DNA of 64,000 nt from Minisyncoccota bacterium (GCA_018061145.1 JAGOUR010000003.1:32170-96169), one strand, 5' to 3'. Numbered from the stretch's first letter, positions 47,882-58,380 are shown. Translations and numbers: made by a program. Notes: a model not told the origin generated them from the sequence alone.

Positions 47882-50800
47882 ATGATCATGGAAGAAAAAA
47901 ATACAAAATCACAAAATGCAGAGCGTGAGGAAAAGATACTATCGTTTTGGAAAGAGAATGATACTTTTAAAAAGAGTATAGAAAAGGAGGCCCCAAAAGG
48001 GAAGTACGTCTTCTACGATGGGCCACCTTTTGCTACAGGACTACCACACTATGGCCATATTCTAGGATCTACTGCAAAAGATGTCGTAGGTAGATATCAG
48101 ACTATGCGCGGTTACTCTGTACCTCGTAGATGGGGTTGGGACTGTCATGGTCTACCGATAGAGAATATCGTAGAAAAAGACCTGGGTATCTCTGGTAAAA
48201 AAGCTATCGAGGAATACGGCATAGAGAAGTTCTCTGAGCATGCTCGTAGCAAGGTATTGACCTATGTATCAGAATGGAAAAAGACTGTCGACCGCATGGG
48301 GCGATGGGTGGATTTCGATAATTCATACAAGACTATGGATAATAGTTTTATCGAGAGTGTCTGGTGGGCCCTGGGTGAGCTGAATAACAAGGGACTCCTA
48401 TACGAAGGTGTGCGAGTACTCGCATACTGTTCACGATGTGAGACTCCGATTGCAAACTCGGAGATTGCCATGGACAACAGCTACAAAGATATAAATGATA
48501 TTTCTGTATATGTAAAATTTAGATTAACTCCTACGCAGAAAATGCACCCTCTCTTTAACGCGAGTACGCTAACCCGTTCGGATGCATTTTCTGCTCCGGA
48601 AATATTCCTTTTGGCTTGGACTACTACTCCATGGACGCTACCGGGTAATACTGCGATAGCGATAAATAAAGATTTGCAGTATGTATATGTAAAAAACAAT
48701 GTTCCAGATAAAGATGAGACATTCATAATCGCAAAAGATTTATTTGAAAATCTAAAAACAAAATTCACAGATCCAGAAATCATAAAAGAAGTTTCTGGTA
48801 ATGAATTAGTGGGATTATCATACGAACCGGTTTTTGATTATTATAAAAATGCAGATATGCCAAATAAAGAAAATATTTGGAAAGTTTGGCATGCGGATTT
48901 TATAACAGCAGATGCAGGTACTGGTATCGCTCACGAAGCTCCGGCTTTTGGTGAGGATGATATGAATCTAGCAAAGGAAAACAATATTCCATTTATCCGC
49001 CACGTAGAACCAAACGGAGTATTTTCTGCAGAAGTGACTGATTTTGCTGGTCAATATGTAAAACCAAAAAGTGAAGATGAAAAAATAAGATTTCAAGCTG
49101 ATATAAATATCATAAAATATTTGCAAGAGAGTGGGGCGTATTTTGATAAAGAAAAAATAAAGCACTCATATCCACACTGCTACCGATGTGATACACCACT
49201 ACTGTACTACGCACTACCTTCATGGTTTGTGAATATTCAAAAAGTAAAAGCAGATCTCCTAGAAAAAGCTGAATCAATGAACTGGGTCCCAGCACACTTA
49301 AAAGATGGAAGATTCCATCATACAATGGAAAATGCACCGGATTGGACTATCTCTCGCAATAGATATTGGGCCAGTCCTTTGCCTATCTGGAAATCAGAGA
49401 GCGGGCAGATGATGTTCACTAGCTCTGTTGATGATCTAAAATCAAAAGTTAAAAAATCTGGCAACAAATACTTTGTAATGCGTCATGGGGAGTCAACTCA
49501 CAATACAGATGGTGTATGTAGTTCTGTTGCGGATTACCCCCATCACCTAACAGAAAAGGGTAAAGAAGTAGTTTCTGAAAATGCATCTATTTTGAAATCA
49601 GAGAATATATCGATGATATATTGTTCACCTTTTATTAGAACAAAGGAGACTGCAGAGATAGTTGCAGATTTAATTGGTTTTGATAAAAGTAAAATTATCT
49701 ATGATGATAGAATTACTGAATATAAATTTGGTGATTTTAATGCTAAGTTATTTAGTGATTATCTAAAATGGCGCAAAGAAATTGGTGACACTGTAGATCT
49801 ATGTCCTCCAAACGGAGAGAGTGTTGTTGATGCTCGTCGAAGATTTTCTTCATTTTATTATGACATAGATAATATACATAAAAATGAGAATATATTAGTT
49901 ATTACACATGGTATTGGCTTGGAAACCTTAGATGCTGTTAAGAATGTATATAACGATGAAGTCATGTGGAAAAATTGGAAGATGAATTCTGTATTGCCTG
50001 GACATTTTGTTAAGTTTGATTTTTATCCTCTTCCTCACAATGCGAATTACGAACTTGATCTACACCGCCCATATATAGACAGTATCGTCTTGGTGGATGA
50101 AAATGGTACAGAGTACAAGAGAATCCCCGAGGTTATCGACTGCTGGTTTGAATCTGGCTCCATGCCATTTGCTCAGGATCACTATCCATTCGAGAATCCA
50201 GAGTGGAAACAAAATAATTTCCCTGGTGGATTTGTAGCTGAATATATAGCTCAGACTAGAACATGGTTCTACTATACCCATGCTATATCTACTATGCTAT
50301 TTGGAGAGGCTCCATTTAAGAATGTAGTCACTACGGGTACAGTGCTAGCCGAGGACGGTAGCAAGATGAGTAAATCAAAAAACAATTATCCAGATCCATG
50401 GATACTATTTGATAAGTATGGAGTGGATGCTCTACGATTTTATCTGATGTCTTCTACTCTGATGAAGGGTGAAGATGTGAACTTCTCTGAGAAGGGGGTC
50501 CAGGATATCGCAAGCAAGATCGTATCTCGTCTAGAAAATGTAGCTACATTCTACGAGCTCTACAGAGATGTATCTATTGAAAATGGTGAACTTGATTTAG
50601 AAAAAAATACAAATGTACTGGATCAATGGATCCTAGCTCGATTAAGCTCCCTCGTGTCGGAGGTGACTGTATCTATGGATGCATACGATATGGCCGGAGC
50701 TACGAGACCTTTTGAATTGTTTATAGAAGATCTTTCTACTTGGTATCTACGACGCTCTCGTGATCGTCTAAAGGATGGTGACGTGAATGCAAAGAAGACA

Positions 50801-51421
50801 CTATACTACGTACTGAAAACTACAGTTTCTGTATTGGCGCCATTCGCACCATTTATATCAGAGAGTGTATGGCAAAAATTAAAGAATGAAAACGATGCAG
50901 AATCTGTACATCTTTGTGATTGGCCAGCATTCTCTTATGAAAATTCTGATGTTGTAGGTATGATGCAGCAAGTTCGCGATGTAGTCACACTAGGTCTGCA
51001 GTCTCGTCAAAAAGCTGGTGTCCCTGTGCGCCAGCCTCTTGGAAAATTTAGTATACCTATGGAATTCACGTCTTTGTATACAGAGATTATTGAAGATGAA
51101 TTGAATGTAAAAGAAATTGTCTGTGACACTACACTATCTGATGTATTTATGAGTTTTGATATCACATCTGAACTGAAAAAAGAGGGTCAGTATCGTGAAT
51201 TTGTCCGTGCAGTTCAAGACCTACGAAAAAAGACAGGGCTTATGCCTGCTGATGTAGTGACTCTATATGTGCAGTGTGGCGAGATAGAAAAAGATATTGT
51301 AAATACATTTCTCCCTGAATTCCAAAAGACTACAGGATTAAGGGAGGTAGTATGGGGTGATACATCTGGCGATGAAATAAAAATCGGAGATCTAGTATTT
51401 GTAGTAAAGATAGAAAAATAA
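47882..51421 (+). CDS. ileS: Isoleucine--tRNA ligase carrying an inserted histidine-phosphatase (PGAM-like) domain of about 220 aa
   Basis: HYGHILG (HIGH), WTISRNRYWASPLPIW, VIDCWFESGSMPF, GSKMSKSKNN (KMSKS). An RHGESTHN plus ITHG domain lies between the WxSRQRxWG and DVxDxWFxSG motifs. Total 1179 aa. Confidence 0.95.
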   Translation: MIMEEKNTKSQNAEREEKILSFWKENDTFKKSIEKEAPKGKYVFYDGPPFATGLPHYGHILGSTAKDVVGRYQTMRGYSVPRRWGWDCHGLPIENIVEKDLGISGKKAIEEYGIEKFSEHARSKVLTYVSEWKKTVDRMGRWVDFDNSYKTMDNSFIESVWWALGELNNKGLLYEGVRVLAYCSRCETPIANSEIAMDNSYKDINDISVYVKFRLTPTQKMHPLFNASTLTRSDAFSAPEIFLLAWTTTPWTLPGNTAIAINKDLQYVYVKNNVPDKDETFIIAKDLFENLKTKFTDPEIIKEVSGNELVGLSYEPVFDYYKNADMPNKENIWKVWHADFITADAGTGIAHEAPAFGEDDMNLAKENNIPFIRHVEPNGVFSAEVTDFAGQYVKPKSEDEKIRFQADINIIKYLQESGAYFDKEKIKHSYPHCYRCDTPLLYYALPSWFVNIQKVKADLLEKAESMNWVPAHLKDGRFHHTMENAPDWTISRNRYWASPLPIWKSESGQMMFTSSVDDLKSKVKKSGNKYFVMRHGESTHNTDGVCSSVADYPHHLTEKGKEVVSENASILKSENISMIYCSPFIRTKETAEIVADLIGFDKSKIIYDDRITEYKFGDFNAKLFSDYLKWRKEIGDTVDLCPPNGESVVDARRRFSSFYYDIDNIHKNENILVITHGIGLETLDAVKNVYNDEVMWKNWKMNSVLPGHFVKFDFYPLPHNANYELDLHRPYIDSIVLVDENGTEYKRIPEVIDCWFESGSMPFAQDHYPFENPEWKQNNFPGGFVAEYIAQTRTWFYYTHAISTMLFGEAPFKNVVTTGTVLAEDGSKMSKSKNNYPDPWILFDKYGVDALRFYLMSSTLMKGEDVNFSEKGVQDIASKIVSRLENVATFYELYRDVSIENGELDLEKNTNVLDQWILARLSSLVSEVTVSMDAYDMAGATRPFELFIEDLSTWYLRRSRDRLKDGDVNAKKTLYYVLKTTVSVLAPFAPFISESVWQKLKNENDAESVHLCDWPAFSYENSDVVGMMQQVRDVVTLGLQSRQKAGVPVRQPLGKFSIPMEFTSLYTEIIEDELNVKEIVCDTTLSDVFMSFDITSELKKEGQYREFVRAVQDLRKKTGLMPADVVTLYVQCGEIEKDIVNTFLPEFQKTTGLREVVWGDTSGDEIKIGDLVFVVKIEK

Positions 51422-51424
51422 GGT

Positions 51425-51465
51425 TTTTTTAAAATAAAACGAGGTAAAAGCCTCGTTTTATTTTT
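51425..51465 (+). terminator. Intrinsic terminator (AACGAGG-taaaag-CCTCGTT plus T-run)
   Basis: Hairpin plus ttttatttttt. Confidence 0.7.
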
Positions 51466-51482
51466 TATGGTAAACTAGGTAT

Positions 51483-51911
51483 ATGATTACAGAATACTCT
51501 GCGGGATTTATCCTCGTACTACGCAAGGATGGCGAGGAAGATAAATTTCTATTAATAAAACAATTGTCTGGCAATTGGAGTTTTCCAAAGGGGCATCTCG
51601 AAGAAGGGGAAGATTCTAAAACTGCTGCTATTCGAGAACTGCAGGAGGAGACAGGTATTACAGAATTTAAATTTGCTGAACTACCTACTCTAATGGAAGA
51701 ATATGATTTCAATCATAGTGGAGACATACGCCACAAGGTGAATGAATATTTTATCGCATATGCAAAACAAGTCGATGTGAAAATCCAAGAAGGTGAAATA
51801 GTAGACTTTAAGTGGGTGACATACGATCAGGCTTTGGAAACTTTTACATTCGATGATCAAAAGGTGGTTCTGAAAGAAGCTAAAAAATATTTAGATAATT
51901 TAAATAAATAA
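51483..51911 (+). CDS. NUDIX hydrolase (Ap4A-hydrolase-like size)
   Basis: Nudix box GHLEEGEDSKTAAIRELQEETGI. Confidence 0.7.
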   Translation: MITEYSAGFILVLRKDGEEDKFLLIKQLSGNWSFPKGHLEEGEDSKTAAIRELQEETGITEFKFAELPTLMEEYDFNHSGDIRHKVNEYFIAYAKQVDVKIQEGEIVDFKWVTYDQALETFTFDDQKVVLKEAKKYLDNLNK

Positions 51912-51917
51912 ATAAAA

Positions 51918-52508
51918 ATGGCTCAGCATCATATCTATCACACACATGGATTCATCATATCTTCACGGGCAAGCGGTGAAGCTAACAAGATGCTATCTAT
52001 ATATACTAGGGAACTAGGTCTAGTCCGTGCTATGGCCGGTGGTATTAGGCTCGCAAAATCCAAGCTCCGATATACACTGCAGGATATGTCCTATGCCAAG
52101 ATTGATCTAGTAAAAGGCCGAGATATCTGGCGGGTGACTTCGGCTACGACGATATCATCATTCCCGATTGCTCGTAGTAAAAAAGAATCTATCGTATTCA
52201 TGTCTAGGGTATCTGCACTGATCGACCGTCTCTGTCGTGGAGAGGAGGGGAATGATGAAGTTTTTGATTTGATTATCCAATCATTCTTATTATTGGATGA
52301 CGAGAATTTTAATCATGAATCACTGTCTGCATTGGAGCTTCATACTGTACTATCTATAGTGCACTCTCTGGGTTATGTCGGAGATAGTGATGATATGCAT
52401 GATTATATCGGTGGTACATTTGATAAAGACAAGATACATAAATTGCTATCTGAAAAGAAATCCATAATATCACATATCAATCGTGCATTGCGTGAAAGTG
52501 GACTGTAA
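51918..52508 (+). CDS. recO: RecO-like DNA repair protein (short form)
   Basis: N-terminal OB-fold pattern HGFIISSRASGEANKMLSIYTRELGLVRAMAGGIR ... typical of RecO; 196 aa. Confidence 0.45.
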   Translation: MAQHHIYHTHGFIISSRASGEANKMLSIYTRELGLVRAMAGGIRLAKSKLRYTLQDMSYAKIDLVKGRDIWRVTSATTISSFPIARSKKESIVFMSRVSALIDRLCRGEEGNDEVFDLIIQSFLLLDDENFNHESLSALELHTVLSIVHSLGYVGDSDDMHDYIGGTFDKDKIHKLLSEKKSIISHINRALRESGL

Positions 52509-52526
52509 AAATGTTATAATTTTTTT

Positions 52527-54413
52527 ATGAAGGAAAATGAAAATCTAAGTAAAATAGAAGATGTAAAGAGGAGGCTCTATGACAGGTCCTCTACTGTATC
52601 TTCGCACGACCGGCAAGGTGTACTGCATCCCGTATATCACGAGGCTAGTACTAGCTGGAAAAAAGAAGAAGAAACAGATATGACAAAAACAAAACCAACA
52701 ACATTTTTTAAAAAATTCTTTATCGCTACTCTTATATTTTTTGTATTCGCAATTGGTTTCGCTGCGTATATGTTTTTCCGCGGAGCTAGCTCTGTGTCCA
52801 ATGACAATATAGATATCACCGTCCTAGGTAATGCCTTTACAGAAGGGGGTAGTGAATTGCCTCTACAAGTAGAGATAGTAAATAGAAACAAGGCAGACCT
52901 CGAATTAGCAAATCTAGTCATCGAGTATCCGCGTGGTGCTAGTGATGATGCTACTGATGTAGTCCGACTCGCTAGGGAATCTATAGGCACTATATCTGCT
53001 GGTGGACGCGCTGAGAGACTTTTCAAAGTGACATTATACGGAGACCAGGGTCTAGTCCGTAATGTAAAAATAAAATTAGAGTATCACCCTGCTGGGTCAA
53101 ATGCAATATTTACAAAAGAGTCTGCGTACCCTGTGACTATAAACTCTTCTCCCATATCTCTGATTGTAGACTCACCTACGCAGACCAGCGCAAATCAACC
53201 TTTCACTTTTAATATCAGTGCTACTTTAAACACAAATCTACCAGAGGAAGAGACTGTGCTCGAAGTCAGCTACCCTCAAGGATTTGTGTTTGATAGTGCT
53301 AGCCCCGCACCTACAAATGGCAACACAATGTGGAGCCTAAAAGATCTAACAAAAACTACTCCATTTAAATTATCTGTGACTGGTCATATGGTGGGTCAGG
53401 ATGGAGACGAGCAAGCTTTCCACGTGTATGTCGGGACAAAAAAGGCAGGTAAGTCATCTGTGGATGTAGTCTATAATTCTTTCCTTCAAACTATCAGTAT
53501 CGTCCGACCATTCCTGGATGCTAGGGTGGTAGTCGGTGGTAATGATGTCGATGTGCCTAGTGTGTCTGGTGGCCAGAGAGTGAGTGCGGATATAATATGG
53601 TCAAATAATCTACCTACTTCTATCTCTGATGTGCAGATTACAGCTAAAATATCTGGTAATGTTTTGGACAAGAGTGCTGTCTCTGCCCTGGATGGATTCT
53701 ATGACTCTACTTCTAGTCAAATAATATGGAATAAAAATACTATGCCAGATCTATCTTATGTAGCACCAGGAGAACAGGGTAGATTGAATTTTGATTTTAT
53801 ACCTGTGTCTCTGTTGGGCTCAGATTCAAAAATAAGTAGTCCTCAGATTCTCGTAGAAGTCAGCATAAAAGGTATGCAGTCTGATTCAGGTAGTGGGTTC
53901 GTAGCTGTAAATAATTTTTCAAAAAAGATAATAAAGGTAGCATCTGATTTACAGCTCGCTACTAGTATGAACTACATATCTGGATCTCTGCCCCCGCAAG
54001 CTGAAACTGAGACTAGATACAAGATCAGTTGGGTATTGTCGAATTCCACAAATTCTATATCCGGAGCAGAAGCTCGTGCAGTGCTACCACTATATGTAAA
54101 GTATGTAGGCCGTGTATCTGGCAACACAGAAAATATTTCTTACAATGATGTGTCTCGTGAGATAATCTGGAAGATCGGTAATGTCAGCCCGAATACTGGC
54201 TCTGGGGCAAATAATCGTGAAGCAGATTTCGTAGTATCATTTGTGCCTTCACTTTCTCAAGTTGGCACAATACCAGAGATCATAAAGAGTGTAGTTCTAG
54301 TGGGACAAGACACTTTTGCAGGCACAACAGTACGTAGTAGTAGAGGTCCACTGAATACAAATCTTAAAAACGATCCAGCCTTTAAATCTGGTGACGAACG
54401 TGTTATAAAGTAA
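52527..54413 (+). CDS. Large hypothetical membrane-anchored extracellular protein (628 aa; beta-rich, S/T/N-rich)
   Basis: N-terminal TM after about 60 aa, then a long low-complexity extracellular region; no motif recognised. Confidence 0.4.
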   Translation: MKENENLSKIEDVKRRLYDRSSTVSSHDRQGVLHPVYHEASTSWKKEEETDMTKTKPTTFFKKFFIATLIFFVFAIGFAAYMFFRGASSVSNDNIDITVLGNAFTEGGSELPLQVEIVNRNKADLELANLVIEYPRGASDDATDVVRLARESIGTISAGGRAERLFKVTLYGDQGLVRNVKIKLEYHPAGSNAIFTKESAYPVTINSSPISLIVDSPTQTSANQPFTFNISATLNTNLPEEETVLEVSYPQGFVFDSASPAPTNGNTMWSLKDLTKTTPFKLSVTGHMVGQDGDEQAFHVYVGTKKAGKSSVDVVYNSFLQTISIVRPFLDARVVVGGNDVDVPSVSGGQRVSADIIWSNNLPTSISDVQITAKISGNVLDKSAVSALDGFYDSTSSQIIWNKNTMPDLSYVAPGEQGRLNFDFIPVSLLGSDSKISSPQILVEVSIKGMQSDSGSGFVAVNNFSKKIIKVASDLQLATSMNYISGSLPPQAETETRYKISWVLSNSTNSISGAEARAVLPLYVKYVGRVSGNTENISYNDVSREIIWKIGNVSPNTGSGANNREADFVVSFVPSLSQVGTIPEIIKSVVLVGQDTFAGTTVRSSRGPLNTNLKNDPAFKSGDERVIK

Positions 54414-54414
54414 T

Positions 54415-54543
54415 ATATGGATCCCGTACGAAATGTGTATGTCATGTTTCTACGGATTTCAAATAATAGACTTAGTCGGTATTATTAATGATAAACTATA
54501 ATTAAATACGGAAATGTAAACATTTCCTATTTCGTACGGGATG
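54415..54543. repeat. Long inverted-repeat element (GGATCCCGTACGAAAT ... ATTTCGTACGGGATGG) containing an internal 8-bp-stem hairpin; the right arm embeds the glyQS ATG
   Basis: 14-16-bp arms read directly at 54418-54434 and 54527-54543; internal GGAAATGT-aa-ACATTTCC. Confidence 0.6.
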
Positions 54544-55839
54544 GATAAAAATGACGATAAACTAATGGAGAAGATAATCTCCCTCTGCAAGCGCCGAGGC
54601 TTTATTTACCAAGGGTCCGAGATCTACGGGGGTCTGGCTGGTACATTTGATTATGGCCCATTGGGTGTGATGCTGAAGAATAATATCAAGGATTCTTGGC
54701 GTAAAAAATTCGTGTCATCTAGACACGATATGTATGAAGTAGATGCTGCTATATTGATGAACTCTGCTGTCTGGCAAGCGTCTGGACACGTAGATACTTT
54801 TACTGCTCCACTAGTAGAGTGTACAAAATGTAAAAAAAGATTACGCGAAGATAAATTAAAAGAGAAGGGTAAGTGCGATGATTGTGGTTCACCTGTAGGT
54901 GAGGCTCGTCAGTTTAATGAAATGTTTGCTACAAAAATAGGGGCAGCGGAAGACACTGCTTCTACTGTATATCTACGCCCCGAAACAGCTCAAGGTATAT
55001 TTGTGAACTTTAAAAATATCGTAGATTCGTTCCACCCAAAGCTTCCATTTGGTATGGCTCAGATTGGTAAAGCTTTCCGTAATGAGATCACCCCCCGTGA
55101 TTTTATCTTCCGTGTGCGTGAGATAGAGCAGATGGAAATTGAATATTTTGTACGACCTGATGATTGGGAAAAATATTTTACTTTCTTTAAAGAGGAAATG
55201 ATCGAGTGGATGGAAGGTGTGGGTATTGATATGAGCAAGGTTCATGAAATAGAAGTGGGGGCAGAAGACCGGGCTTTTTATTCTAGTAGAACAATAGATT
55301 TTGAATTTAATTTTCCATTTGGACAAAATGAGCTTTATGGTCTTGCATATAGAACAGATTATGATTTAGGTAAGCATAATCTTTCATATCAAGACGAGGA
55401 GACTGCTCAAAAATTCATACCTCATGTTATCGAACCATCTTTTGGTGTAGATCGTACAGTGTTAGCACTGTTGACCTCTGCATACATGGAAGATGACAAA
55501 GATGGGGAAGTACGTAGTTATCTAAAATTTGAACCGCATATGGCACCTGTCGTATGTGCAGTGTCGCCACTATTGAAGAACAAGCCAGAACTCATAGAAA
55601 AAGCTCGTATAGTATACGGCACACTCAAGAATGAATTTGGTCGCGTGATGTGGGATGACAATGGAAATATAGGTAAGAGATACAGAAGACAAGATGAGAT
55701 AGGTACACCATGGTGTATAGTCATCGACTTTGATACTCTGACTGATGATACTGTGACTATCCGAGATCGTGATACTGGCACTCAAGAACGTATTGCTATC
55801 ATAGAACTAGTGGATCATATAAAAGAAAAATTGGGATAA
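54541..55839 (+). CDS. glyQS: Glycine--tRNA ligase, alpha2 homodimeric (archaeal/eukaryote-like) type
   Basis: YGGLAGTFDYGPLGV, class-II motifs, C-terminal anticodon-binding domain; 432 aa; terminator at about 55842-55875. Confidence 0.9.
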   Translation: MDKNDDKLMEKIISLCKRRGFIYQGSEIYGGLAGTFDYGPLGVMLKNNIKDSWRKKFVSSRHDMYEVDAAILMNSAVWQASGHVDTFTAPLVECTKCKKRLREDKLKEKGKCDDCGSPVGEARQFNEMFATKIGAAEDTASTVYLRPETAQGIFVNFKNIVDSFHPKLPFGMAQIGKAFRNEITPRDFIFRVREIEQMEIEYFVRPDDWEKYFTFFKEEMIEWMEGVGIDMSKVHEIEVGAEDRAFYSSRTIDFEFNFPFGQNELYGLAYRTDYDLGKHNLSYQDEETAQKFIPHVIEPSFGVDRTVLALLTSAYMEDDKDGEVRSYLKFEPHMAPVVCAVSPLLKNKPELIEKARIVYGTLKNEFGRVMWDDNGNIGKRYRRQDEIGTPWCIVIDFDTLTDDTVTIRDRDTGTQERIAIIELVDHIKEKLG

Positions 55840-55897
55840 AATTTGAACAAAACCGGCATTTGCCGGTTTTGTTGTTTGTGGGTGTTTTTATGATATA

Positions 55898-57184
55898 TTG
55901 GACTATATGTTAAAACCAAAAAAGAAAATATTAAAGAATGGATTGCGTGTGGTGACTGTTCCTATGAAGGACAATCCGACTGTCACTGTTCTCGTACTAG
56001 TGGGTACAGGGTCTGATTACGAGACTAGGGATATCAATGGTATATCTCACTTTCTCGAGCATATGTGCTTCAAGGGTACTATAAAGCGCCCGACTGCACA
56101 GTCTATATCCCACGAGCTCGATGCACTAGGATCACAGTACAATGCCTTTACTGATCACGAGATGACAGGGTACTACGCCAAAGCTGATAGTAAAAAATTC
56201 AAACAGATTTTCGATGTTGTTTCTGATATATATCTGAACTCTACTTTTCCTGAGACAGAGTTGGAAAAGGAAAAAGGTGTGATTATCGAGGAGATAAATA
56301 TGTATGAGGATATGCCACAGAGCCATGTCCAGGATATGTTCCAAGAAGCCCTCTATGGAGATCAACCTGCAGGATGGAATATCGCCGGACCAAAAGAAAA
56401 TATTAAAAAGATGACAAGGAATGATTTTGTTAAATACAAAAATGCACACTACGTAGCAGGTAGCACTGTGATAGTTGTTGCTGGCAATGTGACTGAAAAA
56501 GAAGTGGGTGAGCAAGTCAAGAAATATTTTGGTGACATTTCTGCATCGTCAAAAGGTAAAAAGAAAAAGACTATTGTTAAGCAGGGTGAACCAAAAGTAC
56601 TACTAAAACACAAGACCACAGACCAGACTCACTTTGTACTAGGTATGCGGACTTTTGATATGTTCGACTCTCGCAATCCTATACTGTCCGTACTCTCTGG
56701 GGTCCTCGGTGCGGGGATGAGTTCACGCCTCTTTATAAAGCTTCGCGAGGAGATGGGTGTGGCGTACTATGTGCGTAGCTACAATAGTACATCTCTGGAT
56801 CATGGAGTATTCCAGATATCTGCAGGTGTAAATAATGCTCGTACAAAAGAAGTAATAGTAGAAATTTTGAAAGAATGTGGAAAATTAAAAACTGAATTAG
56901 TTAGTGATTTAGAATTGAAAAAAGTAAAATCATTTCTCTCTGGCAATATGAAGATGGCACTAGAAGCTACGGACGATATAGCCAGCTACTATGGTACCCA
57001 AGAATTGATGAAGGGGGATATGCGGACAGTAGAAGAGAGAATCAAATTGATTGAAAAGGTCACATCTCTCGATATCAAGAAGATGGCTCAGAAGATTTTC
57101 ACAGACAAGAATCTCACTCTAGCAGTCATCGGTCCAGACAAGGACGCTGATTCGTTTGTCTGTCTATTGAATTTTAAAAAATAA
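55898..57184 (+). CDS. M16-family zinc peptidase (insulinase/pitrilysin-like)
   Basis: Inverted zinc motif HFLEHMCFKGT (HxxEH) plus downstream Glu. Confidence 0.85.
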   Translation: MDYMLKPKKKILKNGLRVVTVPMKDNPTVTVLVLVGTGSDYETRDINGISHFLEHMCFKGTIKRPTAQSISHELDALGSQYNAFTDHEMTGYYAKADSKKFKQIFDVVSDIYLNSTFPETELEKEKGVIIEEINMYEDMPQSHVQDMFQEALYGDQPAGWNIAGPKENIKKMTRNDFVKYKNAHYVAGSTVIVVAGNVTEKEVGEQVKKYFGDISASSKGKKKKTIVKQGEPKVLLKHKTTDQTHFVLGMRTFDMFDSRNPILSVLSGVLGAGMSSRLFIKLREEMGVAYYVRSYNSTSLDHGVFQISAGVNNARTKEVIVEILKECGKLKTELVSDLELKKVKSFLSGNMKMALEATDDIASYYGTQELMKGDMRTVEERIKLIEKVTSLDIKKMAQKIFTDKNLTLAVIGPDKDADSFVCLLNFKK

Positions 57185-57308
57185 AAAATACACTGCCAGA
57201 CATTCGCATTCTGGCCTGGAAGGGCAAGTTATTTCTGGTCGCAGCGCAGATGTCTTATGGTGTATTTCTTTATTTTTTAAGTTATATTATTGTGTTATAA
57301 TAATAATT

Positions 57309-58379
57309 ATGAGTGAACATATTACAAAGCATGAAGTGAGTATCTCGACAAGTACATTAGTACGGATTTTTGTGTTTATATTAATAATGTTGGCATTATT
57401 TAAGCTAACAAATATCATTCTAGTCACATTGACTTCTATTGTATTGGCTTCTTTTGTTGAGTTCTCTTTCTTGAAATTGCGCAAATTTATTCCAAATAGG
57501 ACATTGGCTGTATTTTTGATTTATACTCTGACTATCAGTTTGCTCGTATGGCTATCATCTGTGTTTATCCCTGTATTCGTGCAGGAGATGTCTGGCCTAG
57601 TAGCACAGCTAGGTAAATATATACCAGATAGCAGTATCCTCAATAGCTTCCAGACAGATACTATCAGTGGAGCTCAGAATGTAGTAAAGACTATATCTTC
57701 TAGCAAGGCTTCTCTGCCTGATTTGATAAAGAGTACTCAGAATCTGATCTCTACATTCTCTGGTGGATTCTTTGAAGTAGCAGGTAATGCTTTTGGTAGT
57801 ATATTCAATCTTATCCTTATCGTGATCATATCTTTTTATCTTTCTGCAAAAGAAAAGGGTATTGAGAATTTCCTACGAATTGTCATCCCTGATACTCATG
57901 AAGAGTACGTGATATCACTATGGCAGAGGACAGAGCGAAAGATCGGTCTTTGGATGCAGGGCCAGCTACTACTAGGTGTGATCATCGGAATGCTCGCATA
58001 TCTATCACTGACTATATTAGGAGTACAGTACTCTCTAGTCATAGCCATCATCACTGCACTATTTGAGCTTATTCCTTTTGGTATATATCTGGCTATGGTA
58101 CCTGCTGTGATGTTCGGATTCCTGTCTGGTGGTATACCTATGGCTATTATGAGCTTTGTGATATATATAATACTGCATCAATTTGAAACTTATCTTATAG
58201 CCCCATTGATTATAAAAAAGGTGGTAGGCATATCACCGCTCGTAGTCATCTTGTCTGTCATCATCGGTTTTGAATTGGCTGGATTCTGGGGTGTAGTGCT
58301 CTCTATCCCTGGGGCTGTGTGTCTGCTTGAATTCCTAGATGACATAGAAAAGAAAAAGATCCTTTCCCGAACGAATTAA
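57309..58379 (+). CDS. AI-2E (PerM/YhhT) family transporter-like membrane protein
   Basis: 356 aa, about 8 TM helices with a size and topology pattern typical of UPF0118/AI-2E; weak. Confidence 0.45.
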   Translation: MSEHITKHEVSISTSTLVRIFVFILIMLALFKLTNIILVTLTSIVLASFVEFSFLKLRKFIPNRTLAVFLIYTLTISLLVWLSSVFIPVFVQEMSGLVAQLGKYIPDSSILNSFQTDTISGAQNVVKTISSSKASLPDLIKSTQNLISTFSGGFFEVAGNAFGSIFNLILIVIISFYLSAKEKGIENFLRIVIPDTHEEYVISLWQRTERKIGLWMQGQLLLGVIIGMLAYLSLTILGVQYSLVIAIITALFELIPFGIYLAMVPAVMFGFLSGGIPMAIMSFVIYIILHQFETYLIAPLIIKKVVGISPLVVILSVIIGFELAGFWGVVLSIPGAVCLLEFLDDIEKKKILSRTN

Positions 58380-58380
58380 T

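Noticed and set aside
57195-57300. Relatively GC-rich intergenic stretch after the M16 peptidase gene, considered as a possible sRNA
   Set aside because: Only one modest hairpin (GCCAGA...TCTGGC) is present, consistent with a terminator; there is no further structure or conservation to support an RNA gene.
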